From NCBI GenBank assembly GCA_050486505.1, contig JBJHDK010000038.1:1-24293 (forward strand): a DNA stretch of 24,293 bases. The letters are read 5' to 3'. The notes below the pieces were generated by a model that worked only from the letters and a program-made list of their open reading frames with translations, ran no database searches and was not told the DNA's origin. Made by a program: the position numbers and the translations under genes. Below are positions 1 to 8,237 of the stretch, one piece after another (the first letter of the stretch is position 1; the number at the start of each line of letters is the position of its first letter). This stretch comes from Fibrobacteria bacterium (GTDB lineage: Bacteria; Fibrobacterota; Fibrobacteria; UBA11236).

Positions 1-2502
1 GTCTTCGTCCCGGTCCTGCGTCTCGCGGAGCGCACGGGCATTGCCGTCGGTTAGGTCCAGGGCGATGCGGAAGCCCTTCTCGCCTGGCGCGCGCAGCACG
101 AAGTGCTTCGGTTGCATGCCTTCGCCAGACGCGGCGACGAACACGACGGGAAACTCCAGCCCCTTGCTCATGTGCAGGGTCATGATGCTGACGGAGTCGT
201 CGCCTTCTCCGTTCCCGCCGCCGTCGGGAGTTTCGTCGTCGCCGCCTTCGCCCCTTCGCAAGGCATCGAAGCGGTCGCGGAGCGCGCGCGCGGATGTTCC
301 CGGGGCGGAGCCGGCCTCGCCGAGCAGGCGGGCAATCCGCGCGAGGCGCTCGGCTTCCGCGGCGGAGCGCGCGGCGAGGCGCGGATGATAACCGCTTTCG
401 TACAGCACCGAACCGAAGAACTCGGGCCAACGCCCGGCCCTTGCCAGCACGGCCCACCGGGCGACCAGCGGGGGGCAGCGCGCCGGAAGGCCGCGCGGGA
501 ATTCTTCCGTGCCTTCGCGCGCGAAAGGAAGCAGCAGGATCCGGCCCTGTGCCTCGGGGGTCGCCGCATCGTCGATCCATTCCAGCAGGAGACGCAGGGC
601 GTCGGCGCCGGGGCCGTGGAAAAGCCCGCCGCTTCGTCGCACGCGGCACGAGACGCCGCGCCGCCGCAGCGCACGCTCGATCGCTTGCGCCTCCGAATTC
701 TTGCGCACGAGCACGGCGATCTTGCCCGCCTTGCGCCCTTCCCCGATCGCCGAAACGATGCGGGAGGCGATCCACCGGCGCAGCGCGCGCTCCACCTCGC
801 CCTTCGGCAGGGGCGCGTTCTCCGGCCCGGTTCCCGGGGAGAAGTCACGCAGGTGGACGCATGCCCCGTTCCGGCTTCCTTCCTTTCCCGCGCGGGCGGG
901 TGTGAAGGTCACATCGTCCGACCCCGCCGGCAGATGCCAGGCGGGGTCGTCGGGGATCTTCGCGGGCGCCCCGAACCACGCGTCGCGCGCGAAGACGGCG
1001 TTGAGCGCCGCGATCAGCGACGGTCGCGAGCGGTAATTCGCCTCCAGCCCGAAGCCCTGGGCGCGGTCGCCTGCGGCCAGGTCCCTGAAGACGGCGCGCG
1101 CGGCGAGATAGGTGCGCAGGTCGCCGCCGCGGAACCCGTAAATCGCCTGCTTGGGGTCGCCGACGAGGAAGAGGGGGAGTGGCGGGGGCGTGGCGGTGCC
1201 GTTCGCGGTTCCCCCGGGGATTCCCCGCAGGCACAGGCGCTCGAGGATCTCCCACTGAAGGGGGTCGGTGTCCTGGAACTCGTCCACGATGCAGGCCCTG
1301 TAGCGGCGGCGGACGCGCGCCGCCAGCGCGGAGTCGCGCCGCAGCGCCGCGGCAAGATTGCGGGGCATGTCGTCATAACTGATGAGGCCACGGCGCAGCT
1401 TCTCCGCCTCGAAGGCTTCGCGCAATTCCATGGCGGCCTGTGCCTTGAGCCGGAGCCGCGCGAGGACGTTTTCGCGCGCCTCGTCCAGCCCGGCGTGGAG
1501 AACGGCATCGCATGCTTCCGCGAAGGCCGCCCATTCCTCGAGCGCGGCGATGTTGCGGTTGCGGGTCGCCTCAAGCGCGGAGGCGAACCCGTCGCGAAAG
1601 GCCTTCGTCTTTCCCGGTTTTTCTTTTCCGTGCTCGTACTTCCCGTAAAAGGTCTCGACGACCGCGGGCAGCGCCGCGGGGCCGCATGCGGTCGCCTCCA
1701 TGATGTCGAGCATCTTCCCGAAGGGGTTGGCGCCGCGCTTGGCATCCGGGAGCCTCGCGAGGTAATCTTCCAGGGGGATGCCGCCGGCATCGAGGCCGGC
1801 GTGCGCGCGCTTCCATGCGGAGAGCGCGGAATCGATGCGCTCGCGCAGGCGCTGCGCCGCGCCGGAATCGGGATCGGGATCGATGCGGTCGCCCCGCCAC
1901 GGGTGCCATGCCAGCGCGAGCCCGACCAACGTTGCGCGCCAGCGATCCCCCCCGTCGATCTCCAATGCTTCGCGCAAGCGCGCAAGCCGTTCGGGATCCT
2001 GCGCCCAGCTTCCGCGCAGCAGGTTCTCGAGCGCATCATCCGCCACGGCGCGGTCGTCGGCGATGTCGGCGCGGATCAGGGCGTTGTTGCCGATGGGATC
2101 GCGCAGCAACGTGCTTTGGCAGAAGCCGTGCAAGGTGTGTACGGCGAGGTCGTCGGCATGCATCCAGAGATGGTGGAGGCGCTCCAGGTCTTCGGGCGTC
2201 CATCCCGCGATGGGCGGTTTGCCGGCATCGTCGCGCCCGAGTTGCCGTCGCAACAGCCCGCGGATGCGCGTGCGGAGATCCGCGACGGTCTTGTCGGTAA
2301 AGGACAGGAGAAGGATTTCCTCGGGCTTCCAGTCCGGGTTCTCCATCAACAGCCGCAGGACGAGGTGTTCGATGGCGAAGGTTTTTCCGGTTCCGGCGGA
2401 GGCCTCGATGAGGGCGTGACGGCGCGGGTCGAGCGTGCGCACCTGCTCCGACGGCAGGTGTTCGAGCCATGCCGGGGCCTGCCTGGAGGCGGGGCCGTTC
2501 AC
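1..2502 (-). CDS. recB: RecBCD enzyme subunit RecB (UvrD-like helicase-nuclease), C-terminal part outside the window
   Basis: Not in the ORF track because it runs off the edge. Manual translation from the GTG at 2502 (GTGA overlap with the recC stop) gives MNGPASRQ...LIEASAGTGKTFAIE (Walker A), EILLLSFTDKT, IVDEFQDTDPLQWEIL (Walker B), LVGDPKQAIYGFRGGD, NYRS and MTLHMSKGLEFPVV. It lies directly downstream of recC. Confidence 0.92.
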   Translation of the reverse strand, partial: MNGPASRQAPAWLEHLPSEQVRTLDPRRHALIEASAGTGKTFAIEHLVLRLLMENPDWKPEEILLLSFTDKTVADLRTRIRGLLRRQLGRDDAGKPPIAGWTPEDLERLHHLWMHADDLAVHTLHGFCQSTLLRDPIGNNALIRADIADDRAVADDALENLLRGSWAQDPERLARLREALEIDGGDRWRATLVGLALAWHPWRGDRIDPDPDSGAAQRLRERIDSALSAWKRAHAGLDAGGIPLEDYLARLPDAKRGANPFGKMLDIMEATACGPAALPAVVETFYGKYEHGKEKPGKTKAFRDGFASALEATRNRNIAALEEWAAFAEACDAVLHAGLDEARENVLARLRLKAQAAMELREAFEAEKLRRGLISYDDMPRNLAAALRRDSALAARVRRRYRACIVDEFQDTDPLQWEILERLCLRGIPGGTANGTATPPPLPLFLVGDPKQAIYGFRGGDLRTYLAARAVFRDLAAGDRAQGFGLEANYRSRPSLIAALNAVFARDAWFGAPAKIPDDPAWHLPAGSDDVTFTPARAGKEGSRNGACVHLRDFSPGTGPENAPLPKGEVERALRRWIASRIVSAIGEGRKAGKIAVLVRKNSEAQAIERALRRRGVSCRVRRSGGLFHGPGADALRLLLEWIDDAATPEAQGRILLLPFAREGTEEFPRGLPARCPPLVARWAVLARAGRWPEFFGSVLYESGYHPRLAARSAAEAERLARIARLLGEAGSAPGTSARALRDRFDALRRGEGGDDETPDGGGNGEGDDSVSIMTLHMSKGLEFPVVFVAASGEGMQPKHFVLRAPGEKGFRIALDLTDGNARALRETQDRDED

Positions 2503-5500
2503 GCGTCGTTCTCCGCCGCGCCGGCTTTCGCGTTGAGCGCGGCCTTCCAGCCGAGATAGGGGAGCACGCGCCGCCGGATCTGCGCGTCCGCGTCTTGCGG
2601 GACTTCGGAGGCGAGCGCCTCCAGGACGCGCTCGCTGAACGGGAGCGTCGCGGAGGAAGACTCTTCGGCCGTGCGGCGCGCCTCCGCGATGGCGTCCCTC
2701 CAGTCGATGGCCGCGTCTTGCGGATGACCGGAACCGCCCAGGATGCCTTCGATCCGGAGGAGGGGAAGGTCGTCGCCGCGCCCTTCGGCATCGGCCTCGA
2801 TGAAGTCGGCGAGCAGGTCCCGGAGGAACGCGCGCGCGGCGTTCGCGTCGAGGCCGGGCAGGGGACGTTCCTTGATCCTGCCGTCCTTCCCTCCGCGGAT
2901 GAAGAGCCGCGCGGGTCCCTCGAACATCGCGCGCAATTCGGGCGGGGCGTCGAGGGCGGATGCGCACAGCTGGAACAGCCAGGCGGGGAACTCCCTGCCT
3001 TCATCCGCAAGGAGTCCCCAACCGGCGCCGTCCTCCGAATGTCCCCGGCGAAGAAAGAACCACGGCAGGATCCCCCCGATGCGGGCCGTGATGCCGAGGC
3101 TCGAGGCATCGAATGCGGGGAGGTTGATGACCGGGGGCGTCGCTCGCTCGAAACCTTGCGGGCCGATCCGCAGGCTTCCGGCGAAGCGCAATCCCGAGGC
3201 ATCGAGCGCGTCGCGCAGCGTGTCGATGCTCCGGGCGGTTTCCCGGTCCAGGAGCGCGCGCAGGCGTTCCTCCTCGAGCGCATCGTAGGGCGGGGGCGGA
3301 AGCATTCCTCCGCGCCGGCGCGCTTCCCAGGCCTGCCCGAAGACGCGCGAGCCCGTGCCCGGTTCGCGAAGCTCGGCGCGCAGGGCGGGTTCGAGGAGCG
3401 CATTTTCTCCGCGCCGGTCGAGGAACAGGGCCGCGGAGCGCTCGTCTTCCGCTGCGTCGAGGGCCTCCCAAGCGTCGACCCGAAAGCGCCGCCGCACGGT
3501 GCGCCACGCCGGGTTTCCGAGGAAATCCTGTAGTTCCTTCCAGTCGATCACGGCGGCGGCGCGCGTGGTTTCCGCCCAACCTTCGGCGCGCAGATCCGCC
3601 GTGCGCGGAGGGACGGCGGCGGGCGGCTGCAGGGCTTCGTGTCCCGGATCGACGCGGCAGCCTTCCGCCAGGATCGCGCCTTCGAGCCACGCGGCGATGC
3701 CCGTGAGTGCGCGCGAGGGTTGCAGGTCCTTTCCCGCTGCATCGCGGCGCGGCCACGACAGGGAGATGGACCCGGTTGCGGCGGTGATCGTTTCGAGCAG
3801 GGCGTAGAGGTCGCGGGCCGCGGGTTCGCTTTCGCCGGGGAGGCGATGATAGCCGCGCAGGTCGAGGGGGGCGGCCTCGCCGGGGGACGGGAAGGATGCG
3901 GACAGGCCGGTGACCCAGACATGCCGGAACGGGATGCCGCGCAATGCGGACAGGCTGCCGACCCGCACGCCGCCCCGCAGCAGGCCGCCGGAAGCGGAGG
4001 GCCCAGCGGCACCGCGAAACCGGTCTTCGAACACGGTGCGGATGAGGGTGGCATCCGCGGTTTCGGATCCATCGCCGCTCCACTGTCCCCACAGGCCGAG
4101 GTCGTCGAGAAAGCGTCGAAGATCGTTCGCGGCCCGCGCGTCCCCGGGATCCGCCTCCAGAAATGCATCGCGCAGGGCGCGCAGCAACTCCGCCCACTCC
4201 GCCCAAGGGCGCGGCGCGGTGTCGCGCAGGGGCAGGGTGCCCGTGCGCAGGGAATCGAGGCAGTCGATGACGCGCGCCGCATCTTCGCGCTCGAGCAGGG
4301 CGAGGGCGTGGTGCGCGGGCCATGCCTCCGAGGCGGCGACGGTCGGGTCGTCGGCATCGAGCGCGCGGGCCAGCACGGCCCGTTCGAGTGCGGCTTTCGC
4401 CGAGGCGGGACCGCCCTCCCAGCCTTCCTGAAACCCGGTCGCCTCGAGGAACGCGGCCACGGCCGGCAGGCGATCCGGCCCGAGCCCGGTCTTGCGCTGC
4501 ACGGCGGGGTTGTCGAAAAAGGCCATGATGTCGCGCCGGTCCGCGCGTCCTTCGCCCAGCGCGAGCAGGGCGCGGAATCCTCGCAGCAGGGGGTTTTCTT
4601 CCGGAAGGACGCCCTCGGGAAGGAGCACGGGCGCATTGTTCGGAGCATCTTTTCCCCCCGCGAATGCGGCGCGCAACAGCGGAAGCGCGTCGTCGGGGTT
4701 CGCCGGGATCACGGCGCACTCCTCGGGCAGCAGGCCGGGGTCGGCGCGCAGGTGCTCCATGATTTCGGCGCGCACGGCCTCGAGCTCCGCGCGCGGGTCG
4801 GCGGCGGAACGGAGTTGCAGGGTCGTGTCGGCTTCGGTTCCGCGTTCCGCTCCCGCGCGGTGCAGCACCGAGCGCCGCACGGTCGCGAGGAGCCCCGCTC
4901 CTTCGGGTTCGCGGAAGTCTTCGTGGAAGTCGTGCCCGGTGAGCTCGCACCACAGCTTGATGGTTTCCCGGCCGGGTTTTCCGAAGAGGGCCAGCAGGCC
5001 GTTCTCGTCGGGGTCGTCGGCGATTTCGGCGGCCCTGGTTTCGTCGGCATGCGGCCGGGTTGCCGTGATCAGGGAGCGGGGGACGGCTCGTGCCGCCAGC
5101 GGCCTGCGTCCGCGCGCGCGGCGTTCCTTGAGGGTGAGGGCGTCTTCCCAGAACTCCGCGCAGGGGTTCAGCGCATAGATCTCGAAGCGCGCGGCGCCCT
5201 CGCCCAGTCGCCCCGCATCGGCGAGTTGCCCGATGAGGTCGCGGTGGAACGGGGAAATGTTCGACAGCCCGAAGAGGTGGTAGACGGGGGGATCCCCGAA
5301 GTCCCCCGGGGTGACGGGGTTCTCCAGCGCCAACCCCGCGTACTGGGGCAAGGTGTACCGGTAAATTCCGGTGGCGGCCCCCCACTGGTCGCGCAACCCG
5401 TCTTCCTTGCGGAACACGGCGTGGTACACTTCCATCTGCCATGCTTCCAACGAACGGACCTCCTCGAGGAAGCGCCGGGCGGGGTGGTTTGCGCGGGTGC

Positions 5501-6014
5501 GCTCGAGTTGCCCGGCGAAGCAGGAGTGTCCGCCGATCCAGCTTTCCGCCACGCCGGGATGCCCGTGGGCGGAGACGCGGTTGTACTCGTATTCCCTGAA
5601 CAGCGAGGCCAGCCTGCCCGCGAGTTGGCACAGGCGGCGCGCCGCATCCTCGGGAACGGAACCCCGCAGGTATTCGCGGATCGCCGCGGGAGGCGATTTG
5701 CGCAACTGCGCGAGCACGAGCCCCTGGAAGCCGAAGGTGTCGAGCAGGTGCGCGGGCAGGCGTCCGGGCGCGTCCCGGAAACGGTCGCGCTCCGCCAGGC
5801 GTTCCCACAAGAGGTTTTCGAGGTGGGAGAACGCGAGCCCGGCGGCGATTCCGTTTTTTTCAGCCAGGCGCACCTTGAGCCAGTCGCGCATCGCCGCCGA
5901 GGGGGTGGCGATGCCGGGAGTGGCCAACGGGTCGACGGTGCCCGCGCCGAGGTTTTCGACGAGCCGGTCGGCCAGTGCGTCGAGGGAATTGCTGAAATGC
6001 AGGCGCGCGGACAT
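2499..6014 (-). CDS. recC: RecBCD enzyme subunit RecC (exodeoxyribonuclease V gamma)
   Basis: 1171 aa. N-terminus LHFSNSLDALAD...DPLA...TPSAAMRDWLKVRLAEKNGIAAGLAF; also LFGLS, YALNPCAEFWED, ENGLLALFGKPGRE, ELE and LRGIPFRHVWVTGL, all typical RecC motifs. Coupled to recB. Confidence 0.9.
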   Translation of the reverse strand: MSARLHFSNSLDALADRLVENLGAGTVDPLATPGIATPSAAMRDWLKVRLAEKNGIAAGLAFSHLENLLWERLAERDRFRDAPGRLPAHLLDTFGFQGLVLAQLRKSPPAAIREYLRGSVPEDAARRLCQLAGRLASLFREYEYNRVSAHGHPGVAESWIGGHSCFAGQLERTRANHPARRFLEEVRSLEAWQMEVYHAVFRKEDGLRDQWGAATGIYRYTLPQYAGLALENPVTPGDFGDPPVYHLFGLSNISPFHRDLIGQLADAGRLGEGAARFEIYALNPCAEFWEDALTLKERRARGRRPLAARAVPRSLITATRPHADETRAAEIADDPDENGLLALFGKPGRETIKLWCELTGHDFHEDFREPEGAGLLATVRRSVLHRAGAERGTEADTTLQLRSAADPRAELEAVRAEIMEHLRADPGLLPEECAVIPANPDDALPLLRAAFAGGKDAPNNAPVLLPEGVLPEENPLLRGFRALLALGEGRADRRDIMAFFDNPAVQRKTGLGPDRLPAVAAFLEATGFQEGWEGGPASAKAALERAVLARALDADDPTVAASEAWPAHHALALLEREDAARVIDCLDSLRTGTLPLRDTAPRPWAEWAELLRALRDAFLEADPGDARAANDLRRFLDDLGLWGQWSGDGSETADATLIRTVFEDRFRGAAGPSASGGLLRGGVRVGSLSALRGIPFRHVWVTGLSASFPSPGEAAPLDLRGYHRLPGESEPAARDLYALLETITAATGSISLSWPRRDAAGKDLQPSRALTGIAAWLEGAILAEGCRVDPGHEALQPPAAVPPRTADLRAEGWAETTRAAAVIDWKELQDFLGNPAWRTVRRRFRVDAWEALDAAEDERSAALFLDRRGENALLEPALRAELREPGTGSRVFGQAWEARRRGGMLPPPPYDALEEERLRALLDRETARSIDTLRDALDASGLRFAGSLRIGPQGFERATPPVINLPAFDASSLGITARIGGILPWFFLRRGHSEDGAGWGLLADEGREFPAWLFQLCASALDAPPELRAMFEGPARLFIRGGKDGRIKERPLPGLDANAARAFLRDLLADFIEADAEGRGDDLPLLRIEGILGGSGHPQDAAIDWRDAIAEARRTAEESSSATLPFSERVLEALASEVPQDADAQIRRRVLPYLGWKAALNAKAGAAENDA

Positions 6015-6020
6015 GGGACG

Positions 6021-6067
6021 TAAGAGTTAAGAATTGGGAATTGGGAATTGAGAATAAGAATTGGGGA
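6021..6067. repeat. Degenerate heptamer tandem array (consensus TRRGAAT, 5 units plus 2 partial) just upstream of the recC start
   Basis: taagagt taagaat tgggaat tgggaat tgagaat aagaat tgggga, read directly. Confidence 0.85.
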
Positions 6068-6246
6068 GGAGGAGCTCGGGGGATTCGGTGCGTGCTCCCC
6101 ATGGTTTCGTAGGCTTGACGCGTGTTTTGGTTTCCGGAACAATATGCCTCCGAAAATTTCAGAGAAACCATCCCAAGACTCACAAAAAATCACTTAAATC
6201 TGGTGGTGACCCTGTCGGTCGCTTCAATCTTATCGGGAGAGAGAGC

Positions 6247-7998
6247 ATGAAACATTTCTTGGCAGCAGCGATCATCGCGACGCTCGGCGTCACCTCGGCC
6301 CAGGAGAACTACGCGCAGTGGGCCCACTACAAAACCCTGACAATCAACACCACGGCATCGGGCGCGAATGTCGCGAACAATGTGGCGAAGTTTCCCATGC
6401 TCGTCCGTCTCCGGCCCGCGAGCGGCGGGGACATCGTACACTTCTCCATCGGCCGCGGCGCCGACATCCGTTTCACCAAGGCCGACGGCGTGACCCGCTT
6501 GCCGCACCAGATCGAACGCTGGGACAGCGCGCAGCAGATCGCAGATATCTGGGTGCTTCTCGACACAGTGTACGGAAACAACAACTCCCAGTCCTTCCGG
6601 GTCTACTGGGGCAGGGCCGGGGTGGCCGACAGTTCCAACGGATCGCGGGTATTCGATACCGCGAACGGGTATGCCAGCGTCTGGCACCTCGGCGAACCCA
6701 TCGGCCTCGCGCCGCGCCCCAATGCCATCGCGGGCCGCTTCCCCGCCACGCCCCGTAACTTTGCGCCGGGGTATCACCGCAAGCCCGGAATCGCGGGCTG
6801 GTCCGACAGTCTGACGGGCGGGGAGAACTTTTCCCCGACGTCGTACCTTGCCATGGCCGAAGGCGTCGAGAACAACTGGTTCAACTTTCCCAACGGCCAG
6901 TTCTCATACACGGTGTGGGCGTATCCCGTGGACGCCAACAACTTCATTCGCCTGATCAGCCTCACGAGCACCGATCCCGGCGACGATCGCATCTTTCTGT
7001 CCTTCAACAACGGCAACATCATCGGGCGCGTGTGGGGAGAGAACAATGCGTCCAACGCGATCAACTCCACGACGCCTCCCCCCCTGAACACCTGGAGCCA
7101 CTACGCGATGACCACGACGCGGGGGCCCACCGTCGATACCACGCGGCTGTACCTCAACGGCGCACAGATCCAGCAGAGCACCCACAGCCCGATGACCAAT
7201 GCCGCGCGCGGGTATGTGCGCATTGGTCGCGACGAGATCAACAACAATGACTTCACCTTCAACGGCCGTGTCGACGAGGCGCGCATCTCGCACGTGACGC
7301 GCAGTGCCGACTACATCAGGCTGAGCTTTGAAACGCAGAAGCCCGACGCGGCAGTGCTGGCGCAGGGTGCCGCGACGCCGGCGACCGGCGCGGTTCCGGC
7401 CCCTGCGGCGCCCGTCGCATCGCCCTCGAACCTGTCGTACGCCACGCAAACGGCGACATACACGCGCGACTCCGCCATCACGGCCAATGCGGCAACAGTG
7501 ACGGGGACGGTGGACACATTCACCGTGGTGCCGGCGCTTCCCGCCGGCCTGTCGCTCAACCCCGCGACCGGCGCGATCACCGGAACCCCCACCGCCGTGT
7601 CGCAGGCGTCCAACTACACCGTGGTGGCGCACAATGCCTCAGGAACGGCCACGGCGGTCTTGTCCATCGCCGTGACGGCTCCCGTCAGCTCGATTCGGCC
7701 CTCCGGCTTCGCGATCCGCGTCGATGGCGCGGCGCACCCCTACACCTTCGCGATCGCGCCCGAGGCGGCCGCCTCCACCGATGCGATGACCCTGACGATT
7801 CTCGATCCATGGGGGCGCACGGTGTGGCAGAAAACCGTGCATCCGTCGCGCGACGGGGTGCGCGAAGTGACGTGGAACGGCATGTCATCCGCGGGGCGCC
7901 ACGCCGCTGCGGGCATGTATTTCGTGCGCGCCACGACCGTGTCCGAGGGCAACGATGCCAAGATGCTGGAGCGCATGATTTCGTTGAAGCCCCGATAA
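6247..7998 (+). CDS. Secreted DUF2341 + LamG-like (concanavalin A fold) + He_PIG Ig + FlgD/T9SS-like C-terminal domain protein
   Basis: Start moved to ATG 6247 (purine-rich GGGAGAGAG upstream; signal peptide MKHFLAAAIIATLGVTSA|Q). DUF2341 motifs FPMLVRL, GADIRFT, LPHQIERWD and DIWV; LamG motifs WSHYAMT, LYLNG and FNGRVDEARIS; putative Ig motif ALPAGLSLNPATGAITGTPT; C-terminal ILDPWGRTVW...VTWNG...AAGMYFVR. Confidence 0.8.
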   Translation: MKHFLAAAIIATLGVTSAQENYAQWAHYKTLTINTTASGANVANNVAKFPMLVRLRPASGGDIVHFSIGRGADIRFTKADGVTRLPHQIERWDSAQQIADIWVLLDTVYGNNNSQSFRVYWGRAGVADSSNGSRVFDTANGYASVWHLGEPIGLAPRPNAIAGRFPATPRNFAPGYHRKPGIAGWSDSLTGGENFSPTSYLAMAEGVENNWFNFPNGQFSYTVWAYPVDANNFIRLISLTSTDPGDDRIFLSFNNGNIIGRVWGENNASNAINSTTPPPLNTWSHYAMTTTRGPTVDTTRLYLNGAQIQQSTHSPMTNAARGYVRIGRDEINNNDFTFNGRVDEARISHVTRSADYIRLSFETQKPDAAVLAQGAATPATGAVPAPAAPVASPSNLSYATQTATYTRDSAITANAATVTGTVDTFTVVPALPAGLSLNPATGAITGTPTAVSQASNYTVVAHNASGTATAVLSIAVTAPVSSIRPSGFAIRVDGAAHPYTFAIAPEAAASTDAMTLTILDPWGRTVWQKTVHPSRDGVREVTWNGMSSAGRHAAAGMYFVRATTVSEGNDAKMLERMISLKPR

Positions 7999-8025
7999 GA
8001 CCGTACGCGGAGTTCCGACGCACTG

Positions 8026-8057
8026 CAAAAACCCCCGCACTGCGGGGGTTTTTGTTT
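8026..8057 (+). terminator. Intrinsic (possibly bidirectional) terminator
   Basis: Perfect inverted repeat caaaaacccccgca-c-tgcgggggtttttg followed by ttt, 27 nt after the stop. Confidence 0.9.
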
Positions 8058-8237
8058 GAACGTGCGATTGTTTTTGCGGCGACGTTCGTTTTCACCGTGA
8101 CGCGCTTGCCGTGTCATCGTCCGCGTGCACTTAGGCTGGAATTCACCCGCGTGAAATGCCTTCACGCCCTAGATTAGTGGGGCTTCTTCCGGCGCGCGCC
8201 GGGGCATCGCATTCAATCGCAACAGGGGAGACCAGAC

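Noticed and set aside
103..2559. 818-aa plus-strand ORF
   Set aside because: Antisense shadow of recB; no recognisable motifs, and long shadow ORFs are expected at high GC.
2036..6023. Large overlapping ORFs in the recC region (935, 794, 455, 366, 354 aa)
   Set aside because: Arg/Pro/Ala-rich alternative-frame or antisense products overlapping a well-supported gene.
6061..6246. Upstream-extended starts in the ORF track (6061; also 17360, 17484, 18775, 19904, 22312)
   Set aside because: The extensions precede the signal peptides or conserved N-termini, and better starts with SD or -10 context exist downstream.
8142..8156. parS or CRP site
   Set aside because: Spacing and flanks do not fit TGTTTCACGTGAAACA or TGTGA-N6-TCACA (the spacer here is N7).
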